Origin: an uncultured Alphaproteobacteria bacterium
GTDB taxonomy: Bacteria > Pseudomonadota > Alphaproteobacteria > Rhizobiales > HXMU1428-3
DNA length: 64,000 nucleotides
NCBI GenBank assembly: GCA_942490955.1
Contig: CALNZE010000069.1
Coordinates: 4,776-68,775, forward strand
Direction: 5' to 3'
The notes under the pieces are model-generated. The model did not search any database. It saw only the letters and a list, made by a program, of their open reading frames with translations, and had not been told where the DNA came from. Position numbers and translations under genes: made by a program. Shown one piece after another: positions 22,933-33,907 of this stretch (its first letter is position 1; every line of letters begins with the position of its first letter).

Positions 22933-23082
22933 TGGTGTTATCGGTTTTATCCGCCCCTCAAAGGCATAGATTTGCCCGATTCATGCCGTTAAAATAATGT
23001 CACCATCCGCGCATAAAACTAGCATCAACAGCAGACATAATCTGCACCCATCCACCCCGTGATAAGGCAGTCCACAATCCCG

Positions 23083-23940
23083 ATGAATCCCGCAGTCCCT
23101 CAAATTGGCCTGGCTTTGGGCGGCGGCGGCGCGCGCGGCCTGGCTCACATTAAAATTCTGCAGGTGCTGGATGAATTTGCCATCAAACCGCAAGTCATCG
23201 CCGGCACCTCCATGGGCGCCCTTGTCGGCAGCCTTTACGCCTCCGGCATGACCGGCAAAGAGATAGAAGCCTACGCCGTTGAAAGCTTTTCGAAACGCAC
23301 GGAGCTACTCAAGCGTCTCTACGGCAAGCGCCCGCCAAAATGGACCACCCTCTTTAATTTCGCCACCCCGGCCATCCTCAATGCCGAAACCTTTTTCGAA
23401 ATGATCATGCCGGCAGAGCTGCCAAAGACATTCGAACAGCTGAGCATACCGCTCCATGCCGTCACCACTGATTTTTACACCCAGGAAATTTTCGTCATCA
23501 GCAAAGGCCCGCTATACCCGGCCCTTGCCGCCTCATCCGCTCTCCCGGCCCTGCTCACCCCGGTGGAAATCGGAGACCGCGTGCTGATTGATGGCGGCTT
23601 CGTCAACCCGCTCCCTTATGATGTCATCCGCGATGATGTTGACATAACCATCGCCGTCGATGTCACCGGCGAGCCTGCCCGCCTTGCCGGCAAAATCCCC
23701 GGCAGCGTCGGCGCGCTGATTGGCGCCAGCCAGATCATGCTGCGCTCTCTCACCAACGCCATGATCAAAAATCACAAACCCGATATTCTCATCGCGCCGA
23801 AAGTCGGCCGCTATAACGTGCTGGATTATTTCAAGGTTAAAGACATCCTGACCGACAGCGAACTAGCCGCCGATCAGCTCCGACGTGATCTAGAGACAAT
23901 CCTCGGCCAGCCCACACCCCGGCAAATCGAGATCGGCTAA
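23083..23940 (+). CDS. Patatin-like phospholipase
   Basis: LGGGGARG, GTSMG and DGG motifs. Confidence 0.93.
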   Translation: MNPAVPQIGLALGGGGARGLAHIKILQVLDEFAIKPQVIAGTSMGALVGSLYASGMTGKEIEAYAVESFSKRTELLKRLYGKRPPKWTTLFNFATPAILNAETFFEMIMPAELPKTFEQLSIPLHAVTTDFYTQEIFVISKGPLYPALAASSALPALLTPVEIGDRVLIDGGFVNPLPYDVIRDDVDITIAVDVTGEPARLAGKIPGSVGALIGASQIMLRSLTNAMIKNHKPDILIAPKVGRYNVLDYFKVKDILTDSELAADQLRRDLETILGQPTPRQIEIG

Positions 23941-23949
23941 CCCAGGCGC

Positions 23950-24411
23950 CTAACTGCGCCGTTTGCCAAAAAAATCCCTCAGCAACGCCGCCGCCCGCTG
24001 CTCATCAATGCCGCCATAAACCTCCGGCCGGTGATGGCAGGTCGGCTGGTCAAAAAAACACGCCCCATGCTCAACACCGCCACCCTTCGGGTCACTGCAG
24101 CCAAAATAAACCCGCCGCAGCCGCGCCAGCGAAATCGCCCCGGCGCACATGGTGCAAGGCTCCAGCGTTACGTAAAGGTCGCAGTCAATCAACCGCTCCG
24201 ACCCAAGTTGCGCCGCCGCCGCCCTTATGGCAACAATCTCAGCATGAGCCGTCGGGTCCGCATTCGCCACAATCCGGTTAAGCCCTTCGCCAATGATCGT
24301 GCCTGTTGGCCCGGCAATCACCGCCCCAACCGGCACCTCACCAGCCGCTGCGGCTTCGCAGGCCAACTCAAGCGCCCGCTCCATAAATGAATTAGCCAAA
24401 TCTACGCCCAC
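23950..24411 (-). CDS. tadA: tRNA adenosine(34) deaminase / nucleoside deaminase
   Basis: GEVPVGAV, DPTAHAE and VTLEPCTMC. Confidence 0.9.
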   Translation of the reverse strand: MGVDLANSFMERALELACEAAAAGEVPVGAVIAGPTGTIIGEGLNRIVANADPTAHAEIVAIRAAAAQLGSERLIDCDLYVTLEPCTMCAGAISLARLRRVYFGCSDPKGGGVEHGACFFDQPTCHHRPEVYGGIDEQRAAALLRDFFGKRRS

Positions 24412-24453
24412 CTTTTGATTGCAACAGCCCGCAAATTACGACACAACTTACCG

Positions 24454-25407
24454 ATGACCAGCAAACAAAAACCCGGCCCGAAACCCACTGCCACCAGCGG
24501 CGCGAACGCCGCCATGCGCATCGCAAAAATGATGGCCCGCGCCGGTGTCTGCTCGCGCCGCGAGGCCGAGCGATATATCGCATCGGGCCGCGTTGCGGTC
24601 AATGGCAAGGTCATCGACAGCCCAGCACTCAATGTTACGACCAGAGACAAAATCCTCGTCGATGGCAACCCGCTGCCCGATGCTGAACCCATAAAGCTTT
24701 GGCGCTATCACAAACCGCGCGGCCTCGTTACCACCGCCAACGACGAAAAAGACCGCGAGACGATATTCGACAAGCTCCCCAAAGATCTACCGCGCACCAT
24801 TTCCATCGGCCGGCTGGATATCAACACAGAAGGCCTGTTGCTGCTCACCAATGATGGCGAGCTGGCCCGCCATATCGAGCTGCCAACAACCGGATGGCTG
24901 CGCCGCTACAAGGTCCGCGCCAATGGCGAAATCACCCAGGATAAATTCGACCATTTGAAAAAAGGCATCACCATTGATGGCATAAAATACGGCCCCATCG
25001 AGGCCACCGTCGTCAAGCAGCAGGGTGCCAATGTCTGGTTCACAATGGGCCTTCGTGAGGGCAAAAACCGCGAGATCAATCGGATCGCTGAGCATCTCGG
25101 CCTGGCCGTTAACCGCCTCATCCGCGTCTCCTTCGGCCCCTTCATTCTGGGAGACCTTAAATCCGGCGAGATCGAGCAGATCAAATCCCACGTTCTCGCC
25201 GACCAGCTTGGCCCCACCCTGGCCGAGCAATTTGACCTCACCCCCTCCACCGCCCAGGCGAAATCAAAACAGACCGCTCAGCAAAAGCAACGCGGACGGG
25301 CACCCCGTAAACCCGGGCCCAAATCCACCACCCGCACCGCAAAAAGACCGGCCCCCAAGCCCGGCGGCAAACCCGCCCGCAAACCGCCAAGAAAATCAGG
25401 ACGCTAA
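24454..25407 (+). CDS. rRNA pseudouridine synthase with S4 domain (RluB/RsuA family)
   Basis: RIAKMMARAGVCSRR, GRLDINTEGLLL and EGKNREI; basic tail. Confidence 0.93.
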   Translation: MTSKQKPGPKPTATSGANAAMRIAKMMARAGVCSRREAERYIASGRVAVNGKVIDSPALNVTTRDKILVDGNPLPDAEPIKLWRYHKPRGLVTTANDEKDRETIFDKLPKDLPRTISIGRLDINTEGLLLLTNDGELARHIELPTTGWLRRYKVRANGEITQDKFDHLKKGITIDGIKYGPIEATVVKQQGANVWFTMGLREGKNREINRIAEHLGLAVNRLIRVSFGPFILGDLKSGEIEQIKSHVLADQLGPTLAEQFDLTPSTAQAKSKQTAQQKQRGRAPRKPGPKSTTRTAKRPAPKPGGKPARKPPRKSGR

Positions 25408-25409
25408 AA

Positions 25410-25988
25410 ATGCGCATTGTCGGCGGCACCCACAGGGGCAAAAAACTCCACGCCCCCAACTCAGACGCCACCCGCCCCACCTCCGACCGTGTCCGCGAGG
25501 CACTGTTTAACCGGCTCAGCCACGGCGTTGATGATTTCGCGCTGGATGGCGCCCGCGTGCTCGATCTGTTTGCCGGCACCGGCGCTCTGGGACTGGAGGC
25601 CATGTCGCGCGGCGCCGGTTTCGCGCTCTTCGTCGAGGATGCCACCCCGGCACGCGGCCTCATCCGCCGCAACATTGAAGACATGGAATTGACCGGCCAG
25701 ACCAAGCTGTTCCGCCGCAACGCGCTGCATCTCGGCCCCTTGAAACAGCAAGAGCCCTTTTCGCTTATATTCCTCGACCCGCCCTACGGCAAAGCAATGG
25801 GTGAGCGCGCCCTTGCCTCCGCCATCGAAGGCGGCTGGCTGGCAGATAACGCATTGATTATTCTGGAAGAGGCCAAAGCTGCGGCCATTGACTGGCCGGA
25901 CGCTGTCACCCTTCTCTATGCCCGCGCCTACGGCGACACAACAATCCACTTTGCCCGCTATAGCGGCACCTCTTCGCCCGGCGCATAG
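25410..25988 (+). CDS. rsmD: 16S rRNA m2G966 methyltransferase
   Basis: MRIVGG..RG, RPTSDRVRE, LDLFAGTG and DPPY. Confidence 0.96.
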   Translation: MRIVGGTHRGKKLHAPNSDATRPTSDRVREALFNRLSHGVDDFALDGARVLDLFAGTGALGLEAMSRGAGFALFVEDATPARGLIRRNIEDMELTGQTKLFRRNALHLGPLKQQEPFSLIFLDPPYGKAMGERALASAIEGGWLADNALIILEEAKAAAIDWPDAVTLLYARAYGDTTIHFARYSGTSSPGA

Positions 25989-26254
25989 CGGCGGGAGCGA
26001 AACACCGCATTGCCCAGCGCCTCGCTGCAATCGCCCGCGCACGCGGTCCAGCCACCACCCGGCGGCTCCACCTCCCACCGCGTTACCGCCCCCTGCTGCA
26101 ATTTTCTTGTCCGCCCGACAGCTTCCCTCCACCGCCACATCGCTTGCCCGCACCAAGCCCATATTCCAGCACAACGACCTCGAACCGGCTCTGCTCCACA
26201 TCAGATAGCCGATCATCACGATCGCTGAAAACATCATGAATTTTAAAAACTTCA

Positions 26255-28117
26255 TCACCGCCCAAACAACCGCTCAATATCTTTCAGCTTCAACTCGACA
26301 TAAGTTGGCCGCCCATGGTTGCACTGGCCCGAGCGCGGCGTCACTTCCATCTCCCGCAGCAAGGCATTCATCTCCGCGCCATCAAGCCGCCGGCCAGAGC
26401 GCACGCTACCGTGGCACGCCATCGTCGCGCAGACATGATCAAGCCGCGCTTTCAGGCTGGTTGCCGCATCAAGCTCGGCTATCTCATCCGCCAGGTCCCG
26501 CACCAACTGGCCCACATCGCCGCGCGCCAGCAGTGCCGGCACTTCCTGCACCGCAACCGCCTTCGGCCCGAAATCCTCAACATAGAGCCCGAACTCTTGC
26601 AGCTCCTCCGCCTTCTCCAGCAACCCGGACTTCAACGCGCCATCAAGCTCTATGATCTCCGGGATAAGCAGACCCTGGCTTGGCACCCGGCCCTCCACCA
26701 GCCGCGCCTTGAGCTTTTCATAGACCAGCCGCTCATGCGCCGCATGCGCATCAACAATCACCATGCCATCATCGGTCTGCGAAATAATGTAATTTTCAAA
26801 AACATGCGCCCGCGCAGCCCCCAGCGGCTGGCCCAAACTTTCACTGTCGGCCAGCCTTGCACCGTCGGAAAGCCCCATGCCTTGCAGGTCGCCAGAAAAA
26901 GCGGGACCTTGGTCAGACAGCACCCGCCCGCTTGGCGCATCCAGCCCGGACAGTGCGGGGCTTAGCGCCGCCTCTCCAGAAGGCCCCGCATTCGGACCCT
27001 CCTCAGCAAAATAACCGGCGGCCGCGTTGGATTGATCATCAGATGCCGCCGTCCTCTGCTCAAAATGACCGGGCTGAAACGCGTCAATCGTCGCCGCCCC
27101 GCCGCGCGCACTGGCTCTATGGCCGGCCGCATCAATCGCCTGCTTTAAGGCCCCAATCAGCAACCCCCGCATAAAGGCCGGATCACGGAACCGCACCTCG
27201 GCCTTAGCCGGATGCACATTCACATCCACCTCCTCAGGCGGCAGCGTGAGAAAAAGACAGAGCAAAGGATGCCGGTTGGAGGGGAGGAAATCCATATAGG
27301 CAGCGCGGATTGCACCCAAAATCTGCCGGTCCCGCACCGGCCGTCCATTCACGAAGAAATACTGATGCAGATTGTTGGCCCGGTGCAATGTCGGCAGCCC
27401 GGCAAACCCCTCGAGGGTCAACGCATCACGGCTCGCCTCAATCCGCAGCGCGTCCTTGATGAATGCCTCGCCCAGCACTTTGCCAAGCCGCATCAACTCA
27501 CCTTCAATATCACCGATCGCCACCTGCGGCAGATTCAGCATCTGCCGCCCGCCGCTTGTCAGCCTGAAAGCAATCGCTGGATGGGCCAGCGCCAGCCGTT
27601 TGACCACATCGGCAATGGCGCCCGTCTCCGCCCGTTCTGATTTTTGAAATTTCAACCGCGCCGGCGTCGCAAAAAAAAGATCGCGCACCTCAATGATGCT
27701 GCCCTCATTCAGCCCCGCCGGGCGTATTTCGCTTTTCCGCCCCGCGTCAACGGTTAAAGCCAGCCCCTCGCCGCCAGCTTCTCGCGTCTCGATGGTAAGC
27801 CTGGCAATCGAGCCAATCGACGGCAACGCCTCGCCGCGAAACCCGAGTGTAAGAATGGAAAAAAGGCTGTCATCTTTAAGCTTGGACGTGGCGTGCCGCT
27901 CGACAGACAAGGCAAGATCATCGGCGCTCATCCCGGCGCCATCATCAATCACCCTGATCAGCGACAGGCCACCATCGGCAACGACAATTTCGATCTGCGT
28001 CGCCCCGGCATCAATGGCATTTTCAGTCAGCTCTTTGACAACACTGGCCGGCCGCTCAATCACTTCGCCAGCAGCGATTTGATTAATAATATTTGGAGTT
28101 AGTTGGCGTATCGCCAT
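26255..28117 (-). CDS. mutL: DNA mismatch repair endonuclease MutL
   Basis: IAAGEVIERP, GFRGEAL, DVNVHPAK, DAHAAHER and CNHGRPT. Confidence 0.98.
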   Translation of the reverse strand: MAIRQLTPNIINQIAAGEVIERPASVVKELTENAIDAGATQIEIVVADGGLSLIRVIDDGAGMSADDLALSVERHATSKLKDDSLFSILTLGFRGEALPSIGSIARLTIETREAGGEGLALTVDAGRKSEIRPAGLNEGSIIEVRDLFFATPARLKFQKSERAETGAIADVVKRLALAHPAIAFRLTSGGRQMLNLPQVAIGDIEGELMRLGKVLGEAFIKDALRIEASRDALTLEGFAGLPTLHRANNLHQYFFVNGRPVRDRQILGAIRAAYMDFLPSNRHPLLCLFLTLPPEEVDVNVHPAKAEVRFRDPAFMRGLLIGALKQAIDAAGHRASARGGAATIDAFQPGHFEQRTAASDDQSNAAAGYFAEEGPNAGPSGEAALSPALSGLDAPSGRVLSDQGPAFSGDLQGMGLSDGARLADSESLGQPLGAARAHVFENYIISQTDDGMVIVDAHAAHERLVYEKLKARLVEGRVPSQGLLIPEIIELDGALKSGLLEKAEELQEFGLYVEDFGPKAVAVQEVPALLARGDVGQLVRDLADEIAELDAATSLKARLDHVCATMACHGSVRSGRRLDGAEMNALLREMEVTPRSGQCNHGRPTYVELKLKDIERLFGR

Positions 28118-28168
28118 GCGTCACCTCCAAACGAAGCCCTTTGCCCCCATAACCGACACAGACAGCCA

Positions 28169-29491
28169 TCACGCGCTGAGATAATCCCGCGCCATCTTCT
28201 TGCCAATCTCCACCGCCGGCTGGTCAAACGCATCAATCCCCATCATCCCGGCCGCAATGATCGTCTCAACCATGAAGCTCATCAGCATTTGCCCCAGCGC
28301 ATATTCGTCGATTTTATCCACCTTGATAAACCGCGTTGCCTGGCCCGCCTCTTTCAGCGCCGCTGCTGTTGCCCGCGCCTGCGCGCTGACAAGGTCCCCG
28401 ACATGCCGCCCGCCCATATAGTCAATACCCGCTTTTTCAGCCAAGCCCTTGTCAACCAGCGGGCCCTCGCCCTCAGTCGCCGTGGCGATAATGGTGATCA
28501 ACTTATCCTTCGGGCCGTCCATATAAAGCTGCAACTGGCTGTGCTGGTCAACCGGGCCAAGCGCGCCAATCGGCGTCATGCCCTGCCCGTCCTTGCCAAG
28601 GCTCTCTGCCCATAGCTGCACATACCAGCTTGAAAACCGTGCCAGTTGATTGGCATAAGGCATCATCACAATATCCGCCGTGCCGCGCTCCTTATATAGG
28701 CCAACGCTCACCGTCGCCCCATCCACGGGCAAAAAATCAGCCGATGACGGGTCATTCAGGAGGCCGGTGATAACATCTCTCGCGCCCGCCCGGATGGCAA
28801 AAGGGTCCAGCCCGCGCGCAATCGCCAGCAACAGGCCAACATTTGTCAGGGAGGAGAACCGCCCGCCAATACCGGTTTCATGATCAAGAAATTTCACGCC
28901 AAAACCGGCCAGCAAATTGCGCAGCCCGTTAGAGACCCCGGCCATGAGCGGCTCGGAAAGCCCGACAATGCTTGAGCCAATCCTGTCCTCAAATCCCGCT
29001 GTTTTAAAGGCATTGATCACCGCAATGGTCTGCACCAGCGTCTCAACCGTATTGCCGGATTTGGACGTCACGACAAAGCGAGTTTTCGCCATGTCGAGCA
29101 AGCCAAGGCTCAGCTCCAGTGAGCGTGCATCGAGATTGTCGAAAATCCGCGTTCGCGGCAGCCGCCGGCCGCTGTCCACCTTGTCACCAGGGATGTACCA
29201 GCCACCCATCTGCGCAATCGTCTGCCCGCCAAGGCTGGAGCCGCCGGTGCCAAGAAACACCACCGTGTCCGCGCCTTCAACCAGTTCGAGAAAAACCTTT
29301 TCAGCAATTTCAAGGTCTTCCCGCTGCTCGGCGATGCGCAGCAGGTCAAGGCTCTGCTCTTCATAGGCTGTCTTAAGGAGGGCGGCCTGGTCCAGCGCCT
29401 TGGCGCGCCATTTGTCAAATTCAGCGCCGCTTAGCCCCCGATCGCCGACGACCTCTTGCCGGCACCCCGATATATCTTGCGTAACAGGCAA
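28169..29491 (-). CDS. pgi: Glucose-6-phosphate isomerase
   Basis: GTGGSSLG, SKSGNTVET, GGRFS, QLWAESLGK, DQHSQLQL and FDQPAVE. Confidence 0.92.
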   Translation of the reverse strand: MPVTQDISGCRQEVVGDRGLSGAEFDKWRAKALDQAALLKTAYEEQSLDLLRIAEQREDLEIAEKVFLELVEGADTVVFLGTGGSSLGGQTIAQMGGWYIPGDKVDSGRRLPRTRIFDNLDARSLELSLGLLDMAKTRFVVTSKSGNTVETLVQTIAVINAFKTAGFEDRIGSSIVGLSEPLMAGVSNGLRNLLAGFGVKFLDHETGIGGRFSSLTNVGLLLAIARGLDPFAIRAGARDVITGLLNDPSSADFLPVDGATVSVGLYKERGTADIVMMPYANQLARFSSWYVQLWAESLGKDGQGMTPIGALGPVDQHSQLQLYMDGPKDKLITIIATATEGEGPLVDKGLAEKAGIDYMGGRHVGDLVSAQARATAAALKEAGQATRFIKVDKIDEYALGQMLMSFMVETIIAAGMMGIDAFDQPAVEIGKKMARDYLSA

Positions 29492-29567
29492 ATCCAGACA
29501 CCCCCCGGTTCATGGAATTTAAATGGATGGAATCAACTCCCGCGAACCCCAATACTCACTGGAAACA

Positions 29568-29634
29568 AAAGATAAATCAATGGCCCAAAGATAAATCAAT
29601 GGCCGAGACATCTCGCCCGATGGCCATTGATTTA
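29568..29634. repeat. Direct repeat AAAGATAAATCAATGGCC x2 plus inverted arm GGCCATTGATTTA (terminator-like hairpin)
   Basis: Copies at 29568-29585 and 29587-29604; inverted arm at 29622-29634. Confidence 0.8.
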
Positions 29635-29674
29635 AGCGCACAGACCGTTGCTAGCAACGACCCGGCTTAGGCGA

Positions 29675-31015
29675 CTATTGCGTTTGCGTCGCCGCAACCG
29701 GCTGACCTACAATCGTGAACCGCAACTTGTCGCCATCCAGCAACCGCTTGGCAGTGGCCTTGATCTCCTCCAGCGAAACCGCATCAATCAGGTCGTTGCG
29801 CTTTTCGATATAATCCATATCGAGCCCTTCCACCTGGATCCATAGCAGCTGACTGGCGATCTTTGATGAGGTATCAAAGCGCAGCGCATAGGAGCCGGTC
29901 AGATAATCCTTGGCATTTTTCAGCTCCGCTTCAGACGGCCCCTCGGTCGCCATGCGCGAAAATTCCTTGCGGATTAAATTCATCGCGTCATAAACCGAAG
30001 CATTCTTGGTCGCGACACCGCCAAGCACCAGCGCGCTTTCTTCCATCGGATAAAGATAGCTATAGATCGAATAAGCAAGCCCGCGCTTCTCCCGCACCTC
30101 TTCCATCAGCCGCGATGAAAAACCACCGCCACCGAGAATGTAGTTGATAATGTAGGAGGGGATAAAATCCTTATCGGCGCGCTTCACACCCTCATGGCCA
30201 AATTGCACCACAGATTGCGGCACCGCCATCTGGATGGTCTCCGTCTCCGGGCCCAGCACCGCAGCCGCCTCAGGAATGTCTTTTATGTTGGACTTTTCTG
30301 GCAAGCTGCCAAAAACCATATCAAGCAAGGGGCCAAGCTCTTCTGCCGTGATGTCACCCACCACAGCAATTTTTAAATTCTCGCGCGCGAAAATATTTTT
30401 ATGCGCCGTCACCAGATCATCGCGCGTGATCGCCCGCTGGCTTTCCTCCGTGCCCTTAGTCGGGCGGGCATAGGGATGCGTGCCATAAGCACTTTTAAAC
30501 CAGGCTTTGGTCGCCACATTCTGCGGATTATTGGCCGAGATTTTCAGCGAAGAAATAATCTGCCGCCGCACCCGGTCAATCGCGTCCTGATCGAAGCGCG
30601 GTTGTGTCAGCGCGGTTTTCAAGAGGTCAAAGCCCTCATCCCGCCGCTCTGTCAGCGTCTGGAATTTACCGGAAAAATGATCCCGCGAGGCCTCAAACCC
30701 CATCCTGAGTGTCAGATCCTCAACCCGGTCCTGAAACGCCGTCGAGGTCATGTCGCCCGCGCCTTCATCCAGCATACCGGAGAGCAGATAAGCGGTGCCC
30801 TCACGGCCATCTTCATCCTGCGTCGCCCCGCCCTTGAAGCTGAACTCCATCGAAATCAGCGGCACATTATGCTCTTCAACCAGCCAGGCCTCAATGCCGG
30901 ACGGGCTAACCACCCGCTCAACCTTCATGGCCTGTGCCTGTCCGGTTGAGAGTGCCAGCATCAAAATCGCCGCCATTGCCGAGCCAATCAGCCGCAACGG
31001 GTTGGCGAGTTTCAT
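29675..31015 (-). CDS. M16 family peptidase, non-catalytic subunit
   Basis: Lacks HxxEH (GTAYLLSGML); has ILGGGGFSSRLMEEVREKRGLAY and a signal peptide from ATG 31015. Confidence 0.88.
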   Translation of the reverse strand: MKLANPLRLIGSAMAAILMLALSTGQAQAMKVERVVSPSGIEAWLVEEHNVPLISMEFSFKGGATQDEDGREGTAYLLSGMLDEGAGDMTSTAFQDRVEDLTLRMGFEASRDHFSGKFQTLTERRDEGFDLLKTALTQPRFDQDAIDRVRRQIISSLKISANNPQNVATKAWFKSAYGTHPYARPTKGTEESQRAITRDDLVTAHKNIFARENLKIAVVGDITAEELGPLLDMVFGSLPEKSNIKDIPEAAAVLGPETETIQMAVPQSVVQFGHEGVKRADKDFIPSYIINYILGGGGFSSRLMEEVREKRGLAYSIYSYLYPMEESALVLGGVATKNASVYDAMNLIRKEFSRMATEGPSEAELKNAKDYLTGSYALRFDTSSKIASQLLWIQVEGLDMDYIEKRNDLIDAVSLEEIKATAKRLLDGDKLRFTIVGQPVAATQTQ

Positions 31016-31132
31016 CACATGTTTTTGTCTTATATAATTCATTGATTGCCACACAATCTTTCGTAAAAACAGCTTTCGCCATAAAATCTTTTTCAATATG
31101 GCGGTTCATAAAATTTAACATCAGGCTTTTTC

Positions 31133-32530
31133 TTATTGTTTTGCGTCCGGGGTTGGTATCCCGGCGGTTTTCTTTTCTACCGGCACAAGCACACCGGTCA
31201 CAGAGGCTGTCTCTTCCAGATACTTCGCCGCAACCCGTTTGATATCATCAACGGTCACAGCCTTCAGCCGCTCAGGATAAGACTCAATCTCTTGAATGGT
31301 CCAGCCGGTCGCAAGCGCGAAGCCATAGCGGCGCGCCAGGCCGGACTGGCTGTCATTGCCATAAATATAATCGGCGATATACGTGTTCTGCCCGCGTTTC
31401 AGCTCCAGCTCACTCACACCATTCTCGCGGATGTCAGCAAAAATCTCTTCAACCGCTTCTTCAATCTGCTCAACGCTTACGCCCTTGGCCGGCACCGCAT
31501 AAACATACAGGGTGCCATACTCCATGCCATTCGGCGAATAGCCACCACCAGCGCTGGAGGCAAGCTTCTTATTCACCACCAGCTCCTTGTAAATGCGGCT
31601 CGTTGAGCCCTCTGTCGCCACCTTCATCAGCAGCTCCAGCGCTTCAGAATCACCCTTCGGCGCGCTTTTATAACTTGGCACCAGATAATGCCGCTGCCAG
31701 GAAAGCTTGCCGGCTCTGGCATCGCGCAGCGTCACCCGCCGCGCCGCAACTGGCGTCGGCTCACTCGGGCGAACCCGCGGCGGCAGGTCAGGCCCGCGCT
31801 CAACAGGGCCATAATATTTCTCGGCCATATCCCTCACTTCCTCCGGGGAGACATCACCAGCAACAACCAGAATGGCATTATTCGGCGCGTAATATTGTTT
31901 GTAATGATCCAGCGCATTTTGCCGGCTAAGGGCCGCAATCTCATGCATCCAGCCAATCACCGGAATGCCATAAGGATGCCCCTGATAAAGCGTCGCACCG
32001 ATTTGCTCGGAAAGTTTTGATGAGGGGCTGTTTTCAATCCGTGAGCGGCGCTCTTCGATAATCACATCACGCTCGGTCAACACGTCTTTTTCCAGCAATT
32101 TGAGGTTGGCCATCCGGTCAGCTTCCATCTCCATCACCATCGCAAGGTTTTCCTTGGCAACACGCTGGAAATAGGCCGTTACATCCTGGCTGGTAAAGGC
32201 GTTGTCCTCGCCGCCATGGCGCGCAACAATTTTCGAGAATTCACCCGGCGCGATTTTGTCCGTCCCCTTAAACATCAAATGCTCAAGAAAATGCGCAATA
32301 CCGGAAACACCCGGCGCCTCATCAGCAGCGCCAACCCGGTACCACATCATATGCGTGACAACCGGCGCCCTGTGGTCGGGAATGACCACAACATCAAGCC
32401 CGTTCTTAAGCTTGAAATAGCTGACATCAGGACCTTGTGATTTTTCCGCTTTTGCAACTGCGACCATAGTTAGTGACAGAGCCGTGAGAACAAGTAATGC
32501 ACGGCTCAACCCTTTCCCGAATTTCATCAT
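31133..32530 (-). CDS. M16 family zinc peptidase, catalytic subunit
   Basis: HFLEHLMFKG, NAFTS and ERDVIIEERR; signal peptide. Confidence 0.93.
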   Translation of the reverse strand: MMKFGKGLSRALLVLTALSLTMVAVAKAEKSQGPDVSYFKLKNGLDVVVIPDHRAPVVTHMMWYRVGAADEAPGVSGIAHFLEHLMFKGTDKIAPGEFSKIVARHGGEDNAFTSQDVTAYFQRVAKENLAMVMEMEADRMANLKLLEKDVLTERDVIIEERRSRIENSPSSKLSEQIGATLYQGHPYGIPVIGWMHEIAALSRQNALDHYKQYYAPNNAILVVAGDVSPEEVRDMAEKYYGPVERGPDLPPRVRPSEPTPVAARRVTLRDARAGKLSWQRHYLVPSYKSAPKGDSEALELLMKVATEGSTSRIYKELVVNKKLASSAGGGYSPNGMEYGTLYVYAVPAKGVSVEQIEEAVEEIFADIRENGVSELELKRGQNTYIADYIYGNDSQSGLARRYGFALATGWTIQEIESYPERLKAVTVDDIKRVAAKYLEETASVTGVLVPVEKKTAGIPTPDAKQ

Positions 32531-32798
32531 GTGAGATTTGCCTTTATTACACTGCAAATGAATATAGTTTCTTTAGGCGCAAATAAAAGAGCTGATTTGC
32601 CGCCTTCACACGCAAGTGAACCCCGAAAGGCGAGCAAGCGTGAGATCGATCTGTGAAAGATACGAGGCTGAAAAAGCCGATATGACATGACGATAAGGAG
32701 TGACTGACAATTATGGTCAAATCATTGCGGAGGGCAAAGACCGCCCCCGAACCAAGCCGCCGCAAGCAGGCCCGCAAGCGCGAAAAGCCTGCTTCAGC

Positions 32799-33236
32799 TT
32801 ACTGTTCGGATTCCGAACCCTGGCCAATTGCATTTTTAAGCATACCGGAGAGCAGGCCACCACAATGCTTGGCTTTTTCCGCATCGTAAAACGGATGGTT
32901 TTCCTTGCGGCCCGCGTCAGCACAATATTCCTTGCGCTCAGCTTCCAGCGCCGCTTGCTTGGCTTTTGCCGCAAGCTCAGGGTCTTTCGGCCAGTTCATA
33001 TCATCAGCATTGACAACACGCGCACCGGGCGGTGGCAATTGTGACTGCGGCGGCATTACCAGCGGCGCCCGCTCAGCCATCTTAGCGTCTTTTGCTCTTG
33101 CCGCCGGGCCGGAAATACCCATCGCGTCAAAAACTTTACCCTCAAACTGAATGTCACTACCCGAGCAGCCAGCCATAAGCGGCAACAGCCCCATCATAAC
33201 AACAGCAAGACATTTGGTAAGATTTACGCGTTTCAT
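32799..33236 (-). CDS. Hypothetical lipoprotein
   Basis: MKRVNLTK...LMAGC lipobox; ERAPLVMPP...LPPP...WPKDP. Confidence 0.75.
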   Translation of the reverse strand: MKRVNLTKCLAVVMMGLLPLMAGCSGSDIQFEGKVFDAMGISGPAARAKDAKMAERAPLVMPPQSQLPPPGARVVNADDMNWPKDPELAAKAKQAALEAERKEYCADAGRKENHPFYDAEKAKHCGGLLSGMLKNAIGQGSESEQ

Positions 33237-33338
33237 AAGATATCCGCCCCTCAGCCGATAAAAGCTCCCGAAAACAGGTGATAGCACGTCCCGCGTCTTC
33301 GCGCAGATACTCTCCATCAACACCGTTAAAACCCAGCC

Positions 33339-33903
33339 CTAAACATCATTTAAGGCCTTTTTGCGGTCATTCCACACCAGCTCATAGGCCAGCCCGGCAG
33401 CACCGGCAACAATGGCAACATCCGCAACATTAAAAATATACCAGTAGAAACCAAAGGCATGCAATGACACAAAGTCCGCAACGGCCTCATAAACAACGCG
33501 GTCAATGGCATTACCTGCGGCCCCGCCGATAATCAGACCGATCGAGGCTGCCAACACCGCGCCGCTGGCCCGCCACAGCCAGATGGAAAAACCAACCACG
33601 GCCACAATGGAAAATAAAATCAACATCACCCGGCCGGTCACACCATAATCGGCCAGCAAACCATAAGATTCCCGTATTCCACGCCATCGTCAGATCCAGA
33701 AAAGGCGTGACTTCATAGCTACAACGATAGGAATTCGCCTTATCCAGCGCGTCACAACCCTGCCCCGGCCAAAATAAATGCACGACCCAGTATTTCGAGA
33801 GCTGGTCAAGCAGCAATGTCACCAAGGCAATTCCCATGCCGGCACCAAACCACCGCCGGCCGCTAGAGTCACCGTCAATCCGGCTGTCTGACAAATCCGC
33901 CAT
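33339..33903 (-). CDS. lspA: Lipoprotein signal peptidase II; frameshift near 33665
   Basis: LDQLSK and WNTGI are in one frame; GGAAGNAIDR, VADF and FNVADVAI are in another. ATCTTAT appears to lack 2 nt of ATCTCTTAT (ISY). Confidence 0.93.
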
Positions 33904-33907
33904 CACC

